64,000 nt of DNA from Camelus dromedarius. Lineage: Eukaryota. The position numbers and the translations under genes are program-made. This document shows positions 38,816-53,258 of the stretch, one piece after another. Under the pieces are notes generated by a model, which was given only the letters and a program-made list of their open reading frames with translations, was not told where the DNA came from and searched no databases. The first letter of the stretch is position 1; the number at the start of each line of letters is the position of its first letter. Location of the stretch: NCBI RefSeq assembly GCF_036321535.1, contig NC_087436.1, positions 50,222,001 through 50,286,000 on the forward strand, given 5' to 3'.

Positions 38816-40999
38816 ATATATTCTCAGGAAGTATATAGGCTTTAAGACTTTCAAAGAGGTCCATAGCACAAGAGAAGTTTAGAACTCTGATACAGAATAT
38901 TTAAATGTGACAAAAAGATGATTTTCTTGATAAGACAAAAGATTTTCCTTTAATAAGAAATAATGTTAAGAGTATTGGAAATATAAAGTGTTACCAAGAT
39001 GGTAAAACCCTAAAAAGGGGAGGCAAATCTGATTTATAGGACCTCAAGGAGCCAGTGCAGAGATTTCTGTATGACAGTGGCAAGGATAAGAGATGATTTT
39101 AAGAGGTGGCATGTTAGATATAGCTGGAAGATGTATAATCTAAGAGAGGTTTGTGAAAAACGGGATTGGACACACAACACAGGAAGGAGAAAATATCTAT
39201 TTTGGTTTTTTTTCAGTTTAGACATCAATTACGTTTCTTCATAAAGTTTAGTTTATGTAATGGTGTTATTTATTTTTGAAGAAGAGACGCCATAAAAATC
39301 TTGGACTGCTTTCAAAGAAAATTAAAATTAAAACATTATAATGCTCAGAAGGGCAGTAACTTGTTCAAAAGACCTGAGGTGAAGAAACAGCTCGCAACCA
39401 TATAGTCTTTAGGCATTTGGTCCTTCAGCCTTTCAAATCTTTGCTTTCATTAATCCATATTCTTGCCATGGAAATAACAATATAGCTAATCTAATTATTG
39501 AGAGACCACATGGAATCAAGCGGCTAATTATTTCACTAAGGATGTTTGAACACTGCCTAAGTCTTAGTGGGCAATAAAATCGAGTTTTCATGATGTCACT
39601 AATTTAATTTCTTAATTAAGTACATTAGTACTTGCTGTATTTCCCAAGTAAAAGTAATCTCAAAGGAAGTTACTGTTTCAGAAATATAAGTTTAATGATA
39701 AAGATCATTTAATGAAAAACAAAGAGTGAGAATGGAGTTCATTTTTTTAAAGCTCTGATATCTTTGGCTACAGAATATGAATGAATAAGTCAACTTCTAT
39801 GGGCAAACGGCCTTCCAAAGTAATTGGGTCCTAAATGCCAGACCAAAATAGTCTGCCATAGACTCACTGAAAATGTTCTGTTCTAAGAATGTTCTGACTG
39901 ATAGTAAATTTAATAAAGTTCAGAAATGTCAAGTTGAGTCTTAATTCCAAGTGCATAACTCCTAGAATGTAATGTGTTACAAATTCAATATGTTGAGACC
40001 ATTGTTCTCTAACTTTCTAGATTTTAGAAATAAGAACTTCAGAGAGGAAATATAATCAAGACTCTATCTGCTTATGTCATTCAGAAGTTCTATTAACTGA
40101 TCTGAATCACAAACTATTAAATTACAAACTGAATTACAAACTAAGCTCCTGTATGGAGCTATTTTTTTAATAAAAATAATAGCAATTGTTAGGTTCAGAG
40201 TCCCCAGATCAGGCTGCTTTTTATGATATCAAATCATTTGGCTTAATTTTTAGCATCTAGCTAGACTAACTACAGAACAAAAAATGTTTACATGGTAAAA
40301 CTGCAATATATCAGTTAAACATCTACCTATTCTTTAACGATATTATTTTTCAGTAAATATTTAATTATCTTGATTGAGGACAAAATAGTTTTTTAATGTG
40401 CTATGTATGTAGTTAATAGAAGTGAAATAATAACTTGATGTTTAAATATCTTAGCTCCCTAAAACAATTATGATATTAAGAAATATGAATCACAGCTTTA
40501 TATAGACAAAACAATTGATCTGGTTAATAATTTCAAATTTTTAAACAATTGTTTTCTCATCTATGTAAATATAATTTAGCCTTACTAAAAAAATATCTTA
40601 CATTCAAGCTTCTGTAGTTATACCCTATAAAATATAAAGCTAAAATCTTAAATTATCGTTTAGAAAGGCATTCTATTACACATAATTTAATGTGTTATTG
40701 AGAGGCACTGTTCCATTCATTTTTCAATGCTTATATTATTTTTTCTGCAATACCAGAGTCCTTAGCAATATAGAAAAATGTCCTGACATTCCCTTCCCCC
40801 TTCCTGCCATTCCCAAAGATAGGAAGGTTCTTTATAAAATTCAGCCATTTTTCTTGAATTAATGGTCCCTGGATTTTTGTATGCCTTTGGTTAACTTCCA
40901 AAGTTCTGAAAAAGTTGATTTTAACAAATTTTGCCAGTTATCCTTGCTTTTTATGAAAAGCAGATTTTCAGAAATCCTTACTTTGATATTCTGGAAGTG

Positions 41000-41930
41000 C
41001 TTCTGTATTTGATGCTGTTTAATGATTTTTTAATCTTGATTTCTGACTTTTTATCACAAGAATATAGACATGTAATTGTTTTATATCTTGGTCTTATATA
41101 CTATATCCTTGCAAAACTTGTTTAATTCTAATAGCTTTTAAAAAATATTTTTCACTAAATTTCTTGCATAGGCTATCATGTCTTTTTATTTTCCAATTTC
41201 TTTTTTTTTTTAACATTTTATTTGATTTATATCATTTTACAATGTTGTGCCAAATTGCAGTGTAGAGCACTTATTTTCCAATTTCAATGCCTTTTAGTTC
41301 TTATGTTAGTATGCAGGCCAGAACCTCCAGCACAATGTCAAATAGAAGTGATAGGAGGAGATATGTGTGCCTTGATTCTGATCTTAAAAGAAAAGTGTTT
41401 GGGTTTTCACCATTAAGTAAAGTAAAAGTTGTATATTTTTGTTGATACCCTTTATCAAATTGTGGAAGTGGCTATGATGTTTATATGAAGAATGCGTGTA
41501 GGGTGTTGTCAAATGCTTTTATGCATATGGTAAGATAATCATATGGTTTTTCTTCTTAAGTGGTTAATATGGTTAATTACATTTGTTGATCTATGAATGT
41601 TGACTCAAATTTAAACTTGTGTGATAATTCTCACTTGTTCATTAATGTTTTAGCCTTTTGATATATTGTTGGAATCCATTTGCTCAAAACTTCACCTATT
41701 TTCTTGAGGGTTACTCGTTATAGTTTATTGTAATGTTATTGTATGGTTTTGTTGTCAGGGTAATGCTGGCCTCATAAAATAAATCAGAGTGTATTCATTT
41801 CCCTTCAATAATTTGGAATAGTTTGCATAAATATTGGTAATATTTATCCCTTAAATGTTTAGTAGAATTCACCAGTAAAGTCATCTGGAACTGAAGTTTT
41901 CTTTGTGGAAATCCAATTTATTTAATATGG
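41000..41930 (-). mobile_element. Old L1M ORF2 fragment containing a 70-bp young L1 tail (41201-41270)
   Basis: Antisense L1 RT-region motifs; insert flanked by exact 15-bp TSD ttattttccaatttc. Confidence 0.85.
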
Positions 41931-43836
41931 TGAAAGAAAATTATTTAACTTGTTTTGTGGCTTTGAATATAGTCTGTCTTAAAAAGATTCTGTACACTTA
42001 GATCTAAGGCCAACCTCTTGTGAACTGAATCTTAACCCCACTTTCAAATCCAAGACACTTATTTCATCAGCATTTCTTCCCTCTGTCTCCTTTCTCTCTA
42101 AAATTTCCCTCTTTATTGGCTCATATGTATTAACATACAAATTCGCTCCCATTCCACTCATAGTTTTAAAAAAACCCTTCTTGCCCTACCTCCCCTCCAA
42201 CATTGCTCCATTTCTCTGCTTCCCTTAGTAGAGTAATATTCTTTGAAAGAACTGCCTATATTTCCACCAATTCCATGTAAATTTCCACTTTCCCATGTAA
42301 ATTTAAATTTATGTGTTTTGTTCACGTTATTACATTGAAAGGCTTATCAAGTGTGGTGTACTTGTATTAGATTAGTTAAGGTGAATCTATTTACCTGCAA
42401 GATTCTGAGTTATGGGTCACAATAAACATTGTATGCAATCTTTGGAAAATGGAAAAGAAAGTGGAAATGAAATACATACACCTGGGAAGGTCAGAGCATG
42501 AGGCATTGTTATATCTCATACAGACTGCTGATTACCTGCTGGTTCACTTTGTTAGCTTTCTTGTAGCAACCCCAGCTCCCTTGAATCCCCCTCAGTTCTT
42601 CTGATTCTTTATGCACGGACTTAGCTCTGTGAAGTGTCAGCTTCTCTTGTAATATACTTACAGCGCTCAAGTTGGAGGCTAGAAGCATGAGAGGCACTAA
42701 GGATTTTAGTTGATTCTACTGAGTTTTACTTAATCTTTGCCGGTTCCAGTTGGAAATTTTTTCCTCCACTTCACATTCATCTTCTTTTCCCAACTGCCTA
42801 CTCTGCCCACTCAGCTACCACAAGAATAAATTCTTATAAAGCTATTTACTTATATATAATCTATACTTATATCTATATGTGATATATCTATTGATCTATC
42901 TATAGCTATTGATCTCTGAACACAGAATTATATGCCAATATCATCCCACTTCACATTGCTAAATCTGATGGTCAATACATTTGTTTTGTTTTCTTATTGT
43001 GTGTTTTTCTTTTTATTTTTTCTTGTACCTGAAGTATCAGCAGCAAATTACTTCGTTGATTATTTCTTCCAGCTTTGTATATACTGCATGACTTCTAGTA
43101 TTTACGCCTTTTTGCTGCTTCTTCTGAATTTTATTTGGTAGTTTCCCCTTTCTTCTTGACATTTTAATGTTAGAGTATCCCTGAATGCAATCTTTGAATA
43201 ATTTCTGTAACCATAGTAACATTCTTCATTAAGTTTAGTACCAAGATCTTAAACACTGTCTATATATGTTGAAAACATATTTATAGCTCAAATTTATAGC
43301 TCTAAACTTACCTGTCCTTTATCTCAGACTCCTATATTCAAAAGCTTGCTTGTGATCTACACTTAGATGTCTAAGATGCACTTCAAAAGCAATTCTCCTA
43401 AAACTTAACTACTTACCTAACTACTTCAAATCCATTCCCCTCCATGTCTCCATCACTTAATGATGATTTGATAACTTTGCTTTTATTATACTTAACAACT
43501 CATTCCATGAGGCCAGAATTAACCTGAAGCCAAAACTAGGGAAAAATATAACAAAGAAACAACAGAACAATCTCTCTTACGAATACAGACACAAAAATCC
43601 TCAACAAAATGCCCCCAAACCAAATCTAGCTACATATAAAAAGGATTAAAAATCATAAACTAGTGAGATTTTCCCCAGAAACGTAAGACTGGCTCAACTT
43701 GCGGCCTCCAAAACTATACTGTGATTAAAGTTGAATTACTTTAATTTACTCTGTTTTGAGAAGTTTGTTATGGCAGCAAGAGGAAACTACAGGTTCTCAA
43801 TGTGACATATTTTTGTTGATAAAATTCTTGACTTAC

Positions 43837-43919
43837 ACAAATACAGCCATGACCCCTATAGTGCCTGCGGAGTTGAATAAGTATGCTTGTTAATTTAATA
43901 ATAGATTTGAAAAATTCCC
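43837..43919 (-). pseudogene. Weak candidate exon remnant (AYLFNSAGTIGVMAVF)
   Basis: gtaagt donor; lies where the GREB1 IMHYALLGLR segment is expected. Confidence 0.25.
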
Positions 43920-45207
43920 CTATTATTATTTGCTAAGATAATTTCTCTTAATGGCTGCATATTAATATTGTGTGTGGGTGGAAGGGCCATAAACTGTTAA
44001 CTAGTCTAGAGTGTTACTATTATAAACACTTATAATGAACATTCTCATATCTTAATTATTTTATGGAATTTATGATAATACCTTTAGGATAAACTCCTAA
44101 AATTGTAATTGTTGTATCAAAAAAAATTGCACCACTTAAAGCTTTTCATATGATGCCCATTTTAACGCTACCGCAATCAGAATGAGAGTGTCAATATTTA
44201 CGCATTCTTTAAGACAACAGCTGTCTTCCTTTCTTCCCGAGTTGTATAAGCAGTAAATAATTGGTCATCGCTGCTTTACTCTAAATTGACTGGATTATTA
44301 GTGATAGAATCTTGATATGGGAGAAAAATTGTGATTTGTTTAAATTTAACAGAATGTTGGCTTACTCTTTCTAAACACTAAACAGTCAGCCTCACATATT
44401 TATAGAGCCCTTGTTACATTCATGATTATATCTATGTTCTTGTTGAAAAGAACTAAGTCATTACCTCTATAGGGTTTACAATCTCATTGTGAATCATAAA
44501 CTAGCTGTCATTTTATGAACAATCACGTTCTCCTAGGTACTACAATGAAGGCTTTCATATGTATTTATGGTTAAAACTTTATAGCAATTTTAATTGGGAA
44601 GTTATTACCTGATTTACAAATGACAAAGTCAAGATCCAGAGAGCTTACGAGATAGGACTTAGACTTGTTGGCTGATACGTAGTGCATTTGTTATGGACTG
44701 AAAACATTTCAGTTCAGTAAAATATAAATAACCAAATTTTTGTGTAATAGAAACTTAGTACTGGGTAGCAGTGTAGAAGAATGTAGTAAATTTATGTTCA
44801 GGTTTATTTGACTCATATTTGATCCTTTACAAATGCTGCATCATTGTTTAAGTCACTTTTAGCCCTAAGCCTCATTTTTTCCCTTTAAAAAAAAAAAGGA
44901 GACTAATGATGCCTGCATGACAGTTTGGCCTTGATTATATATCATGCATGTAAATTTCTAAAACAGAACTACTCCTCTATTTGTTCTACTGAACAATACG
45001 CTATATGAGAGCAGGATTGTATCTACACTGCTAAAGAATTTATCCACTGTGCCCACGATACTGCCTGTCAGATAGTAGACACTGCACATTTATTCCAATT
45101 TCCCTCATTTTGGTTATTACTTAGTATTAGAATATTCTCATAACTATCCATTAAAACCTATTTATGTGTGTGCTTTTTATTTCCATCCTTTGTATAATTC
45201 AGTTTAC

Positions 45208-45395
45208 TCTTAACAGATAAAAATACTTCCCAGCTTCAATGATGAGTCATGCCTGAGAGAAGAAGAAATTGTGGAAATTGTGTACTAATAAGTGATTCAT
45301 GATGGCCCATGTTGCTTCTACATTTTAAAAAAAGTTTTATTTATCTGGGATTCTTTGAAAAATGTCATAAAGCTCTCTGTGTGTAGTAATTTGAC
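45208..45395 (-). pseudogene. Candidate exon remnant carrying the degenerate DD-motif region
   Basis: ccttgttctcagtag acceptor; QFPQFLLLS/HDSSL/SWEV ~ GREB1 DIWPFIVISDDSCVMWNV, with frameshifts. Confidence 0.45.
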
Positions 45396-46855
45396 CTACT
45401 GAGAACAAGGGTACATTTAAAATAATCAAAATAAATATCATTTGTAACAATAAATCATAAGTCAATGAACATCTTGATTTTTCAGCTCATTTCTTCTCAG
45501 ATTTATTTGGTTGGAAATGTATAGTGGTTGATCCAAAACACATTATGAAACCCTTTAAACCTCTTCACCCTAGCCTGTCTCTATCACAAGACTAGCAAAG
45601 CTAAACTTCATTTCTCAGTCTTCTTTCAAACCTAGAGTTGTACATATAACATAGCTTTGCACAAAGAAAGATTCCAGTGAGAAGGCTATTACTTTTCTGA
45701 TAAAAGTATACAGATGCCACTTGAATTACTGCTTGATTTATATTTTGGGGTGGCATATTTTTGCCTTGAATGAGAACATGAAGTCTATAGGTGTAGCATT
45801 CACCTTGGTACTGAATAGAGATCATCGTACAAGAATGGCAGAGCATAAAGATAGAGATGATCTAGGTCTCCTTATGGAATTATCTAGTGGAGAGGTCAGC
45901 ATTAGCAAGTGCCCACATTTAAATTTCTCTCATGTGAGAAAAACATAACAGGATTCATCATTTGTGTCTTTCAGTTAGTTCAAGCCATATTCCTAATTGA
46001 TAAAATTGACTTTTCTGACAAACAAATAGTATAAATTAACACTTATTATTTATTTCTAAGCTCAACATAATATTTAGAATCTTTAGACTCCTACTTATTA
46101 TCTTTAATATGGGAAATAAAGAGAGAAATCATTAAGAAATAGGACCTGTTCAAATGCAGAGAAGTTCAATCAAAATTAAAATGCTACATACTGTATATAT
46201 TAATATACAATACGTATTATTTCCATACACCCAAGGCCTAGCCCTGGTCCTTCAAATACTCACAGTAATATCACCTTATACTTACCTAACCCTTCAGGTA
46301 GGGAAAGTGTTTTCATATATCATCTCACTTAATCATTAAAAAATCCTGGGAAGGTGAATATTTTTATTCCATTTTTCAAAGAAATGTAATAGGCTTTCTA
46401 ATTCAAGCTAGTCAACTAACAAAGAAAGTTTTCCTCTTGCCTTTATGAATTCACAAAAATGAAATTACAGAAATGCAAGTAATAAACTTACTGAAAATGT
46501 TAAGATCAAACAACAGCCCCCGTAAAACAAAACTATGAAGTTTTATTTAGAGATATAAAAGAAATCACAAATAAATGCAGAGATTTCTTGTGTTTCTCTA
46601 TGGGAAAATTTGATATTATAAGTGGATTATTTCCTCTAAATACAATTCCAAACAAAACCTCAAAGGATTCCTCATGGAACCTGAAAATGAATTCTACAGT
46701 TAGTTTGAAAAAAATGTTCAGGAACAGCTAATTTAGACAATTAAGAATAATAGAGCAGTGAAGTAACTACTAGGTTATTATAAACATATGCATGTGGTTT
46801 TGACACAGAAATACAAAGGGGATCAATGGATTAGAATGGTGAACACAGATTTCTG

Positions 46856-47000
46856 GTTTTTTGTTTGCTTTGGTGGGGAGGTAATTAGGCCCATTTATTT
46901 GTCTATTTATTTATTTATTTTTAGAGGAGGTACTAGGGATTGAACCCAGGACCTTGCAAATGCTAAGCATGCACTGTACCACTTGAGCTACACCCTTCTC
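46856..47000 (-). mobile_element. tRNA-derived SINE (Vic-1-like) inserted in an old L1
   Basis: gggattgaacccagg...ccacttgagcta (B and A boxes in reverse), (TTTA)n tail. Confidence 0.9.
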
Positions 47001-47328
47001 TGACACTGCTTTCTGTTAATGTGAGAATTTAATGTAAGAGAAATGGAACATTTATTTTTTGTATGTGAAAGCTGACACTATTTTACAAACAGTTGTGGGA
47101 CAGGTGGCTGTCCACTTGGAAAAACAACATTAGATTTCTATCTCAAGGCATTTATCACATTTTAGACAAACTACAAATGTACATTAAACACACACACACA
47201 CACATAAACTATAAAAGCATTCAAGAAAAATACCTTAAGACAGAGAATTTCTTCCTAGGACAAAATTCAACATCATCAAAAGAAAAACTGTCAAATTTGA
47301 CTGCTAAAACATTAAAAACCTTCACTAT

Positions 47329-47455
47329 ACTTGTGGTAGCTCACAGTGAAAAAGAATGTGACAATGAATATATATATGTTCATGTATGACTGAAAAATTG
47401 CACTCTACGCTGGAAATTGATACAACATTGTAAACTGACTATAAGTCAATAAAAA
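47329..47455 (+). mobile_element. Short young L1 tail
   Basis: Matches the 3' end of the 6603-7305 L1; TSD aaaaccttcactata. Confidence 0.9.
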
Positions 47456-47561
47456 AAAAACCTTCACTATAACAAAGACAGCACAAAGTTAATGGACAAA
47501 TGAGCACATTGGAAAATATTTGCAGCCTAAATTAATATTCATAATCTATGAAAATCTCCTA

Positions 47562-50165
47562 GTTCTGTGAAAAATGTCATGAGTATTTTGATAGTGATTG
47601 CATTAATTCAGTAGATTGCTTTGAGTAGTAGTATGGACATTTTAACAACATTAATTCTTCCAATGTATGAATATGTGATAGCTTTCCGTTTCTTTTCATC
47701 ATCTTCAATTTCCTTCATCAACATCTTCAGGATTTTCACAGTAAATATTTTTCACCTCCTTGATTAAGTTTATTCCTAGGTATTTTATTCTTTTTAATGT
47801 GATTTTAAATAGGATTGTTTTCCTGCTTTCTTGTGTTTGTTTTTATGCCATAATTTATGTTTTCATGTCCATCCCTTAACTGTTTATTGTAGTTATAATT
47901 GATTTTATAATTTTTGTCTTTTAACCTTCATGCTAGATTAAGTGGTTGACCCACAGCCTTTACCATATAGTTGCCTTTACCAATGGGATTTTTTCCTCCC
48001 TATAATTTCTTATTTCTATTGTAGCCTTTCCCTTTCCATTTAAAGAAGACCCTTAACACTGTTGTAAGGTTGGTTTAATATTGATGAACTCCTAGTTTGT
48101 GTTTGTCTGTGAAGCTCTTTGTCTTTCTTTCAATTCTGAATGATAACTTTGCTGGGTGGAGTATCCTAGTTTATACATTTTTCCCTCTTAGCACTTGAAG
48201 TGTATCATTCCACTCTCTTCTGATCTGTAAAATTTCTGCTGAAAAATCAGCTGATATTTTTATGGGAGTTCCCTTGCATATGACTGTTTCTCTCTTGCTG
48301 CCTTTACAATTCTCTCTTAAACTTTTGCCATTTTAGTTATGATATATATTGGTGTAGGTCTCTGTGTTCATCTTGGTTGAAATTCTCTTTGCGTCTTGTA
48401 CCTGGATAACTGTTTCCTTCTTCAGGTTTTGGAAGTTTTCAGCTATAATTACATCAAATACATTTTCTATCCCTTTCTCTCTCTTTTCCTTCTGGGGCCC
48501 CTATAATGCAAATGTTAGGACACAGTGTTGTCTCAGAGATCCCTTAAACTAGCCTCATTTTTTAAAATGGGTTTTTCTTCTCCCCATTCTTGTAGGGGGA
48601 ATTTCCATTATTCTCCCTTCCAGATCACTTATGCATTCTTCTGTATCACCAAATCTGCTGTTAATTTCCTCTAGTGTGTTTTCTTTTCAGTTATTGTGCT
48701 CTTCAACTCTGACTGGTTCTTTTCTATATTTTCTAGGTTTGGGGGGGGTTGTAAAATTTCTCACTGTGTTCATCTGTTTTTTTCCACAGTTCAGTTGGCA
48801 TTCTTATTAGTATTGCTTTGAATTATTTTTCAGGTAAATTATTCATATCTGTTTCTTTAGGGTTTTTCAGTTTTTACCTTGTTCTTTTGTTCTTTTGCAA
48901 TATATTCATCTGTCTTCTCATTTTGTTTAAATTTAACTTTATGAAATTAGGTAAAACAGTTACCTAACCCAGTTTTGAAGGTACGTTCTTGTGTGGGAGT
49001 GTTCCTACGCAGTCTGTGTGTGCCCAGCGGCTTTGGTGGAAGAGCTGGACCTAACATAAGGATGGGCTACATCTTCTCCCAGGGTGTGCTGGAAGCCACC
49101 TTCTTGGTGGGAGGTAGGGTTGAAGTTTGAGGGGTTAAGGCCAGAGCCAGGCACAAGCTGGGGTTTCTCCTATGCTCAATGGCCATCACTATCCTATTGT
49201 CAGACAGGTCGGGGAGCAGGGAGTCCTGAGGTAGTATGAGTTTCTCCCAGGTGTAAAGGCTATCTTTGCCTTGGGGTATGACGAATTTGGGGCATAGTGA
49301 GAGCCTTGGGGATTCATTTCTGTGCTTGTTTCACTTTTCCCTGTTGTGCATGTCTTAGTTAGAGGCTGGATCAGGCCAGAGGGGTTGGTGCCACACGATG
49401 GAGCTGGCCCCACCCTCTCCCAAGTGTGTAAAGTTATGCCTGCTCTGGTGATGGCAGTCTCTGCCATGGAGCTAGCTTCACTCCCTCTAGAGTGTGTGCA
49501 GGGACACGTAAGCTGGCAATGGTTGCCCCCACCCTGGTCAGAGGTAAGGCAGGGGTCCAAGCTGGCTCTACTTCCTCTAAGTGTGCACACTCTTATTGAC
49601 AATGGTAGCCTCCCCCTTAGTGGGGAGCAGCATGACAGCAAGAGGGGTTCAAGCAGGAGCCCAGTGTACACTGGGGCAGTCCTGGCAAGATGGCCAGAGT
49701 CCCAGGTAGTTTTCAATCTGCTGCCTCTACTCTGTGACTGGGAATAAGCAAGTCTGTATGTGCAGTCTTCAAGAGCAGAGCCTTGGTTTCCTACAGCCCT
49801 ATAGTAAGCCCCACTGGTTTTCAAATCAGCTAAGGGAGCTCATCTTCCCAGTGTCAGACCCCAGGGCTGGGATGCCTAATATGTGATTTGAACCCCCTGC
49901 TCCCCAGGGAGGACCCTCTAGCCTCTGATATCCCCTTCCTGTTCTGTGTCCCCAACTAGGGGTGAGGGTCCTGATCAGATCACTTCTCTCTTCTTAGCAG
50001 AGTCTGTGCGGACATTTTGTTACAGCCTTGGTTGTAGAAGAGCTGTTCTGCTAGTCCCTAAGTCAATTTTAGTGAGAGTCTTTCTATATTTTGTGGTAGT
50101 TTTGATGTTTTAGTGAAGGGAGGTAAGTCCAGTGTCATCCTACTCTGCCATCTTGATCTCTCCTA
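47562..50165 (-). mobile_element. L1 5'UTR, ORF1 and internally deleted ORF2 remnant
   Basis: Minus-strand start gagagatcaagatggcagagtagga; GC-rich 5'UTR ~48980-50160; antisense ORF1 motifs (tttctgctgaaaaatcagctgata). Confidence 0.9.
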
Positions 50166-50883
50166 AACATCAATTCTTAAATGAATCATTCTAAACATTA
50201 AACACCAAGTTAATTCATTATAAATCAGAAGCATTATAAGTTTGATTTACCCAATCACACTGACACTACCTCTAACTTTATTAGGTATGAAAGAATAAGA
50301 TTGTTGATACTCAGTTTACATAAATTTGTACTGCTTCCTACTATGTCCCTGGCACATTTGCATAGAGCTGATAAAAATATTTGATACTTTGTGTAAACTT
50401 TTAGGACTCTCATGAGGTACTGGAGACAGAATAGGCACTTACATTTAATGAATTCTATAATTGAGGATGAAGTGAAGCAGACATTTTCATATATGACTGG
50501 TAGATATATAAACTCATGTAAATTTTCTGAAAAGCAATTTAATAATATATATCAAGATCCTTAAAGATATTCAGAATTCTGACTCAATTCTGTGAAAAAT
50601 AATTAAAACTAAGGTAAAAACAGAAAAAAACTAAAAATTTATATTCAAACATCTTCTTAACATAATCTATAATAGCTGAAATGTGTTAAATAGTTGCAAA
50701 ATAAGTATTCAATTTTAGTTAAATTATGAAGAGAGAAGAACAAGGTAAGGGACAAAGTTAGAGAAGGATACAAACATACATGTACATGTATATGGAAATG
50801 TGAGAAAACATGACTGTAATTTGTAATGTTAACAAATTTTTAAAATGAAACAACCAAAACAAATCTTCAGTGGAAAATTATAC

Positions 50884-51097
50884 CAGAACAAAGATGCTAG
50901 GAACTTCTTTGTAACAAAGCTTAACAGCTATATATTTACAATATATTATAATTTGTTTGCTTCCAGTAGAAGTACTGATGTTGGTTTTGTTTCCCTATTC
51001 TTCTCCACCATGGAATCAATAGATTTAAATTTTTCCTTTTGTGTCAACAACTTAGCAGGAGTGGTGATTACATCATGGTGAATAAAAAAATAAGAAG
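50884..51097 (-). pseudogene. Candidate exon remnant, start of a second GREB1-like unit
   Basis: aatttctag acceptor, CTG|gtataa donor; QIIIYCKYIAVKLCYKEVPSIFVL ~ [26 protein letters not shown]. Confidence 0.35.
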
Positions 51098-52577
51098 CTA
51101 GAAATTTTTACATTAAGAATAATGTTGGCATGTAGGATGAGATATATACATATCTCTTTACTTAAATAATTTATCAAAAATAGATGTTCAATCAAATGTC
51201 TTTTGGTATATGTAGACATGATTGCATGAGATTGTATAATTTTTCTCTTTAGGTATATTTATATTATTAATTCTGGAACTGCCTTTTCATTTCTGGAATA
51301 AATCCCCCTTGTGCAAGTTGTATTACTATGGATTATGTTCCTAAGATATATTTTTAGGATTTTGTATCAATATTCATGTTGAGACTGATCTGTAATTTTC
51401 TTTTTTTGAACTATTTTTTGTCAGTTTTTTGTATGAATATTATGCTTCCTATATGAAAACAATGTGGGAGATTTCTTCTTTATGCTCTATAGGTATTTCA
51501 TTCATATTTTAGTTATCAATTTTTTATAGAATTCCCCTGTGAAGCTTTTTGTGTATGCTTATTTTGGGAGGAGAAAAGGGTGGATATTTATTTCAGAAAT
51601 CTCTTTGCCTTTAAAATTTTCCTAAAGTCATTGGTAATTGATCCATTTATTTATTTTGTTTTCTAAGATAAAGTTTAGTAATTTCAAATCCTCTGACATT
51701 TCCTTTATTGAATTCAGTTGTTAAATGTATTTCGATAGAAATAATTTCATTCTCTACATAGTCCCTTTTTGTCATGCCATTCATATACAGTTTAGTACCA
51801 ATAAGCTTCCCACACACTGCCATTATACACATGACTAAGAAGCCTAAAATCTTCAAAGATGTGCTGTGTAGTCTCCACTACAACTTTATTTTTCCTCTTA
51901 AGAGCAACCTCTGAAGTGTGTTGAATAATATTTTCCATCTTATTGCAAATATATGTGAATATGCAATGCCAGAGTGTAGTGCAGTCATCAGATTCTCAAA
52001 GGAGTTCAGGACCCCCCAAAATTAAGAGCTAAGAGCTTCAATTTTGTTGTCTAAGGCTTCCCATGTGAGTCACTGCATCAGTCTAGTTAAGCACAGAAGG
52101 CCCTGTCTTCAGGCTCATTCTTCTCCAGTTATTCTCTACTCAGCGACAAAAGCTTTATCATTATGTTGTGTTTCTTAAAAGCCTTCAATTATACCCTGTA
52201 GCACATAAGACATATGATGATCTGATTCATTCCTACATTTTCTAGCTTTAACCCTCCACGTGCAGCCTTCTCTCTAAGAGAGAGAAACCATCCCATTTCA
52301 TGGGTCTATGACTTTAAATAAGGTAGTTTCTCTCCCTGAATAACTTTTCCACGAACTCACTCCCAAGTTAGTACTACTCATCTTCCTAATGTCAAATTCT
52401 TTAGAAAGAATTTCCTTTTCCAAGTCTGAATGAAATTCCCTTCCTTAATGTTTCAAAAGCATTATCTGCATAACCCAAACATAACACCTCTCACAAAACA
52501 AAATCTTTGCTGTTCATGTCAATTTGCTGTTCATTCTGTCCATTATACTCTGAACTTCTCAAGGAATGAGACCATCT

Positions 52578-52845
52578 AATATATATCCAATGCTTTAACA
52601 AGATAATACTGTTCTCTCCAAGTAGCTAACACTCAGGTACAATGCAATACATATGACCTTGCAGAAACCAGAAAAACTGAAAATATATCCTTTATTTTTT
52701 TATATTGAAGAATATTGACCACATATGCTTCTCCTAGATTTCAATCCTTCAAGTAGTTTATCCCCAAAGCACCTATACCTGGTTGGTGCATTACATTCAT
52801 CGAAATAGATGTTAATTTCTGATTGCAGGAAGCATTGGCACAACT
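52578..52845 (-). pseudogene. Exon remnant, GREB1 C-terminal domain-like
   Basis: DKLLEGL/NLGEAYV ~ DLLFSGLLLYLCDSFV; FWFLQGHMYCIV ~ FHFLKGATLCVI; LLKHWIY ~ LEDEWQF. Confidence 0.6.
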
Positions 52846-53258
52846 CTATATAAATATAAATAAATTGAATATTCTATATAATTATTTTTCTCTGCTGTGT
52901 TCTATTTTACTTCCAAAAATCAGTATTATACTTGACCTCTGAAGTGATAATTTACTCATAGAGAAATCACATTATTATCTAGTAATATATAGAAAACCTA
53001 GGTCTATTATTTAATGTTTATGTAAATTAATGCAGCTTATTTCCTTAGTTTTTAATTAATATTTTCAGATATGAATGAAGCCCCTGAGAAAGTACACAGA
53101 ATTTATGATGCACCTTTGCTCATTTAATAACTGCTCATACAATTAAACTATTGAAATAATGGCAGAGAGGTAGTACTCATAATAAACGAATTGAAACCAT
53201 TTAGAATGTGGTGGGGAAAAAAAATCAAATGAATAATCATAATTCAGCCACCATTTAC

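Noticed and set aside
39034..39228. Minus-strand 64-aa ORF as a possible exon
   Set aside because: Looks like an L2 remnant; no convincing donor or homology
49189..49824. Longest ORFs (211 aa minus, 141 aa plus)
   Set aside because: Lie within a GC-rich L1 5'UTR; no recognisable domain
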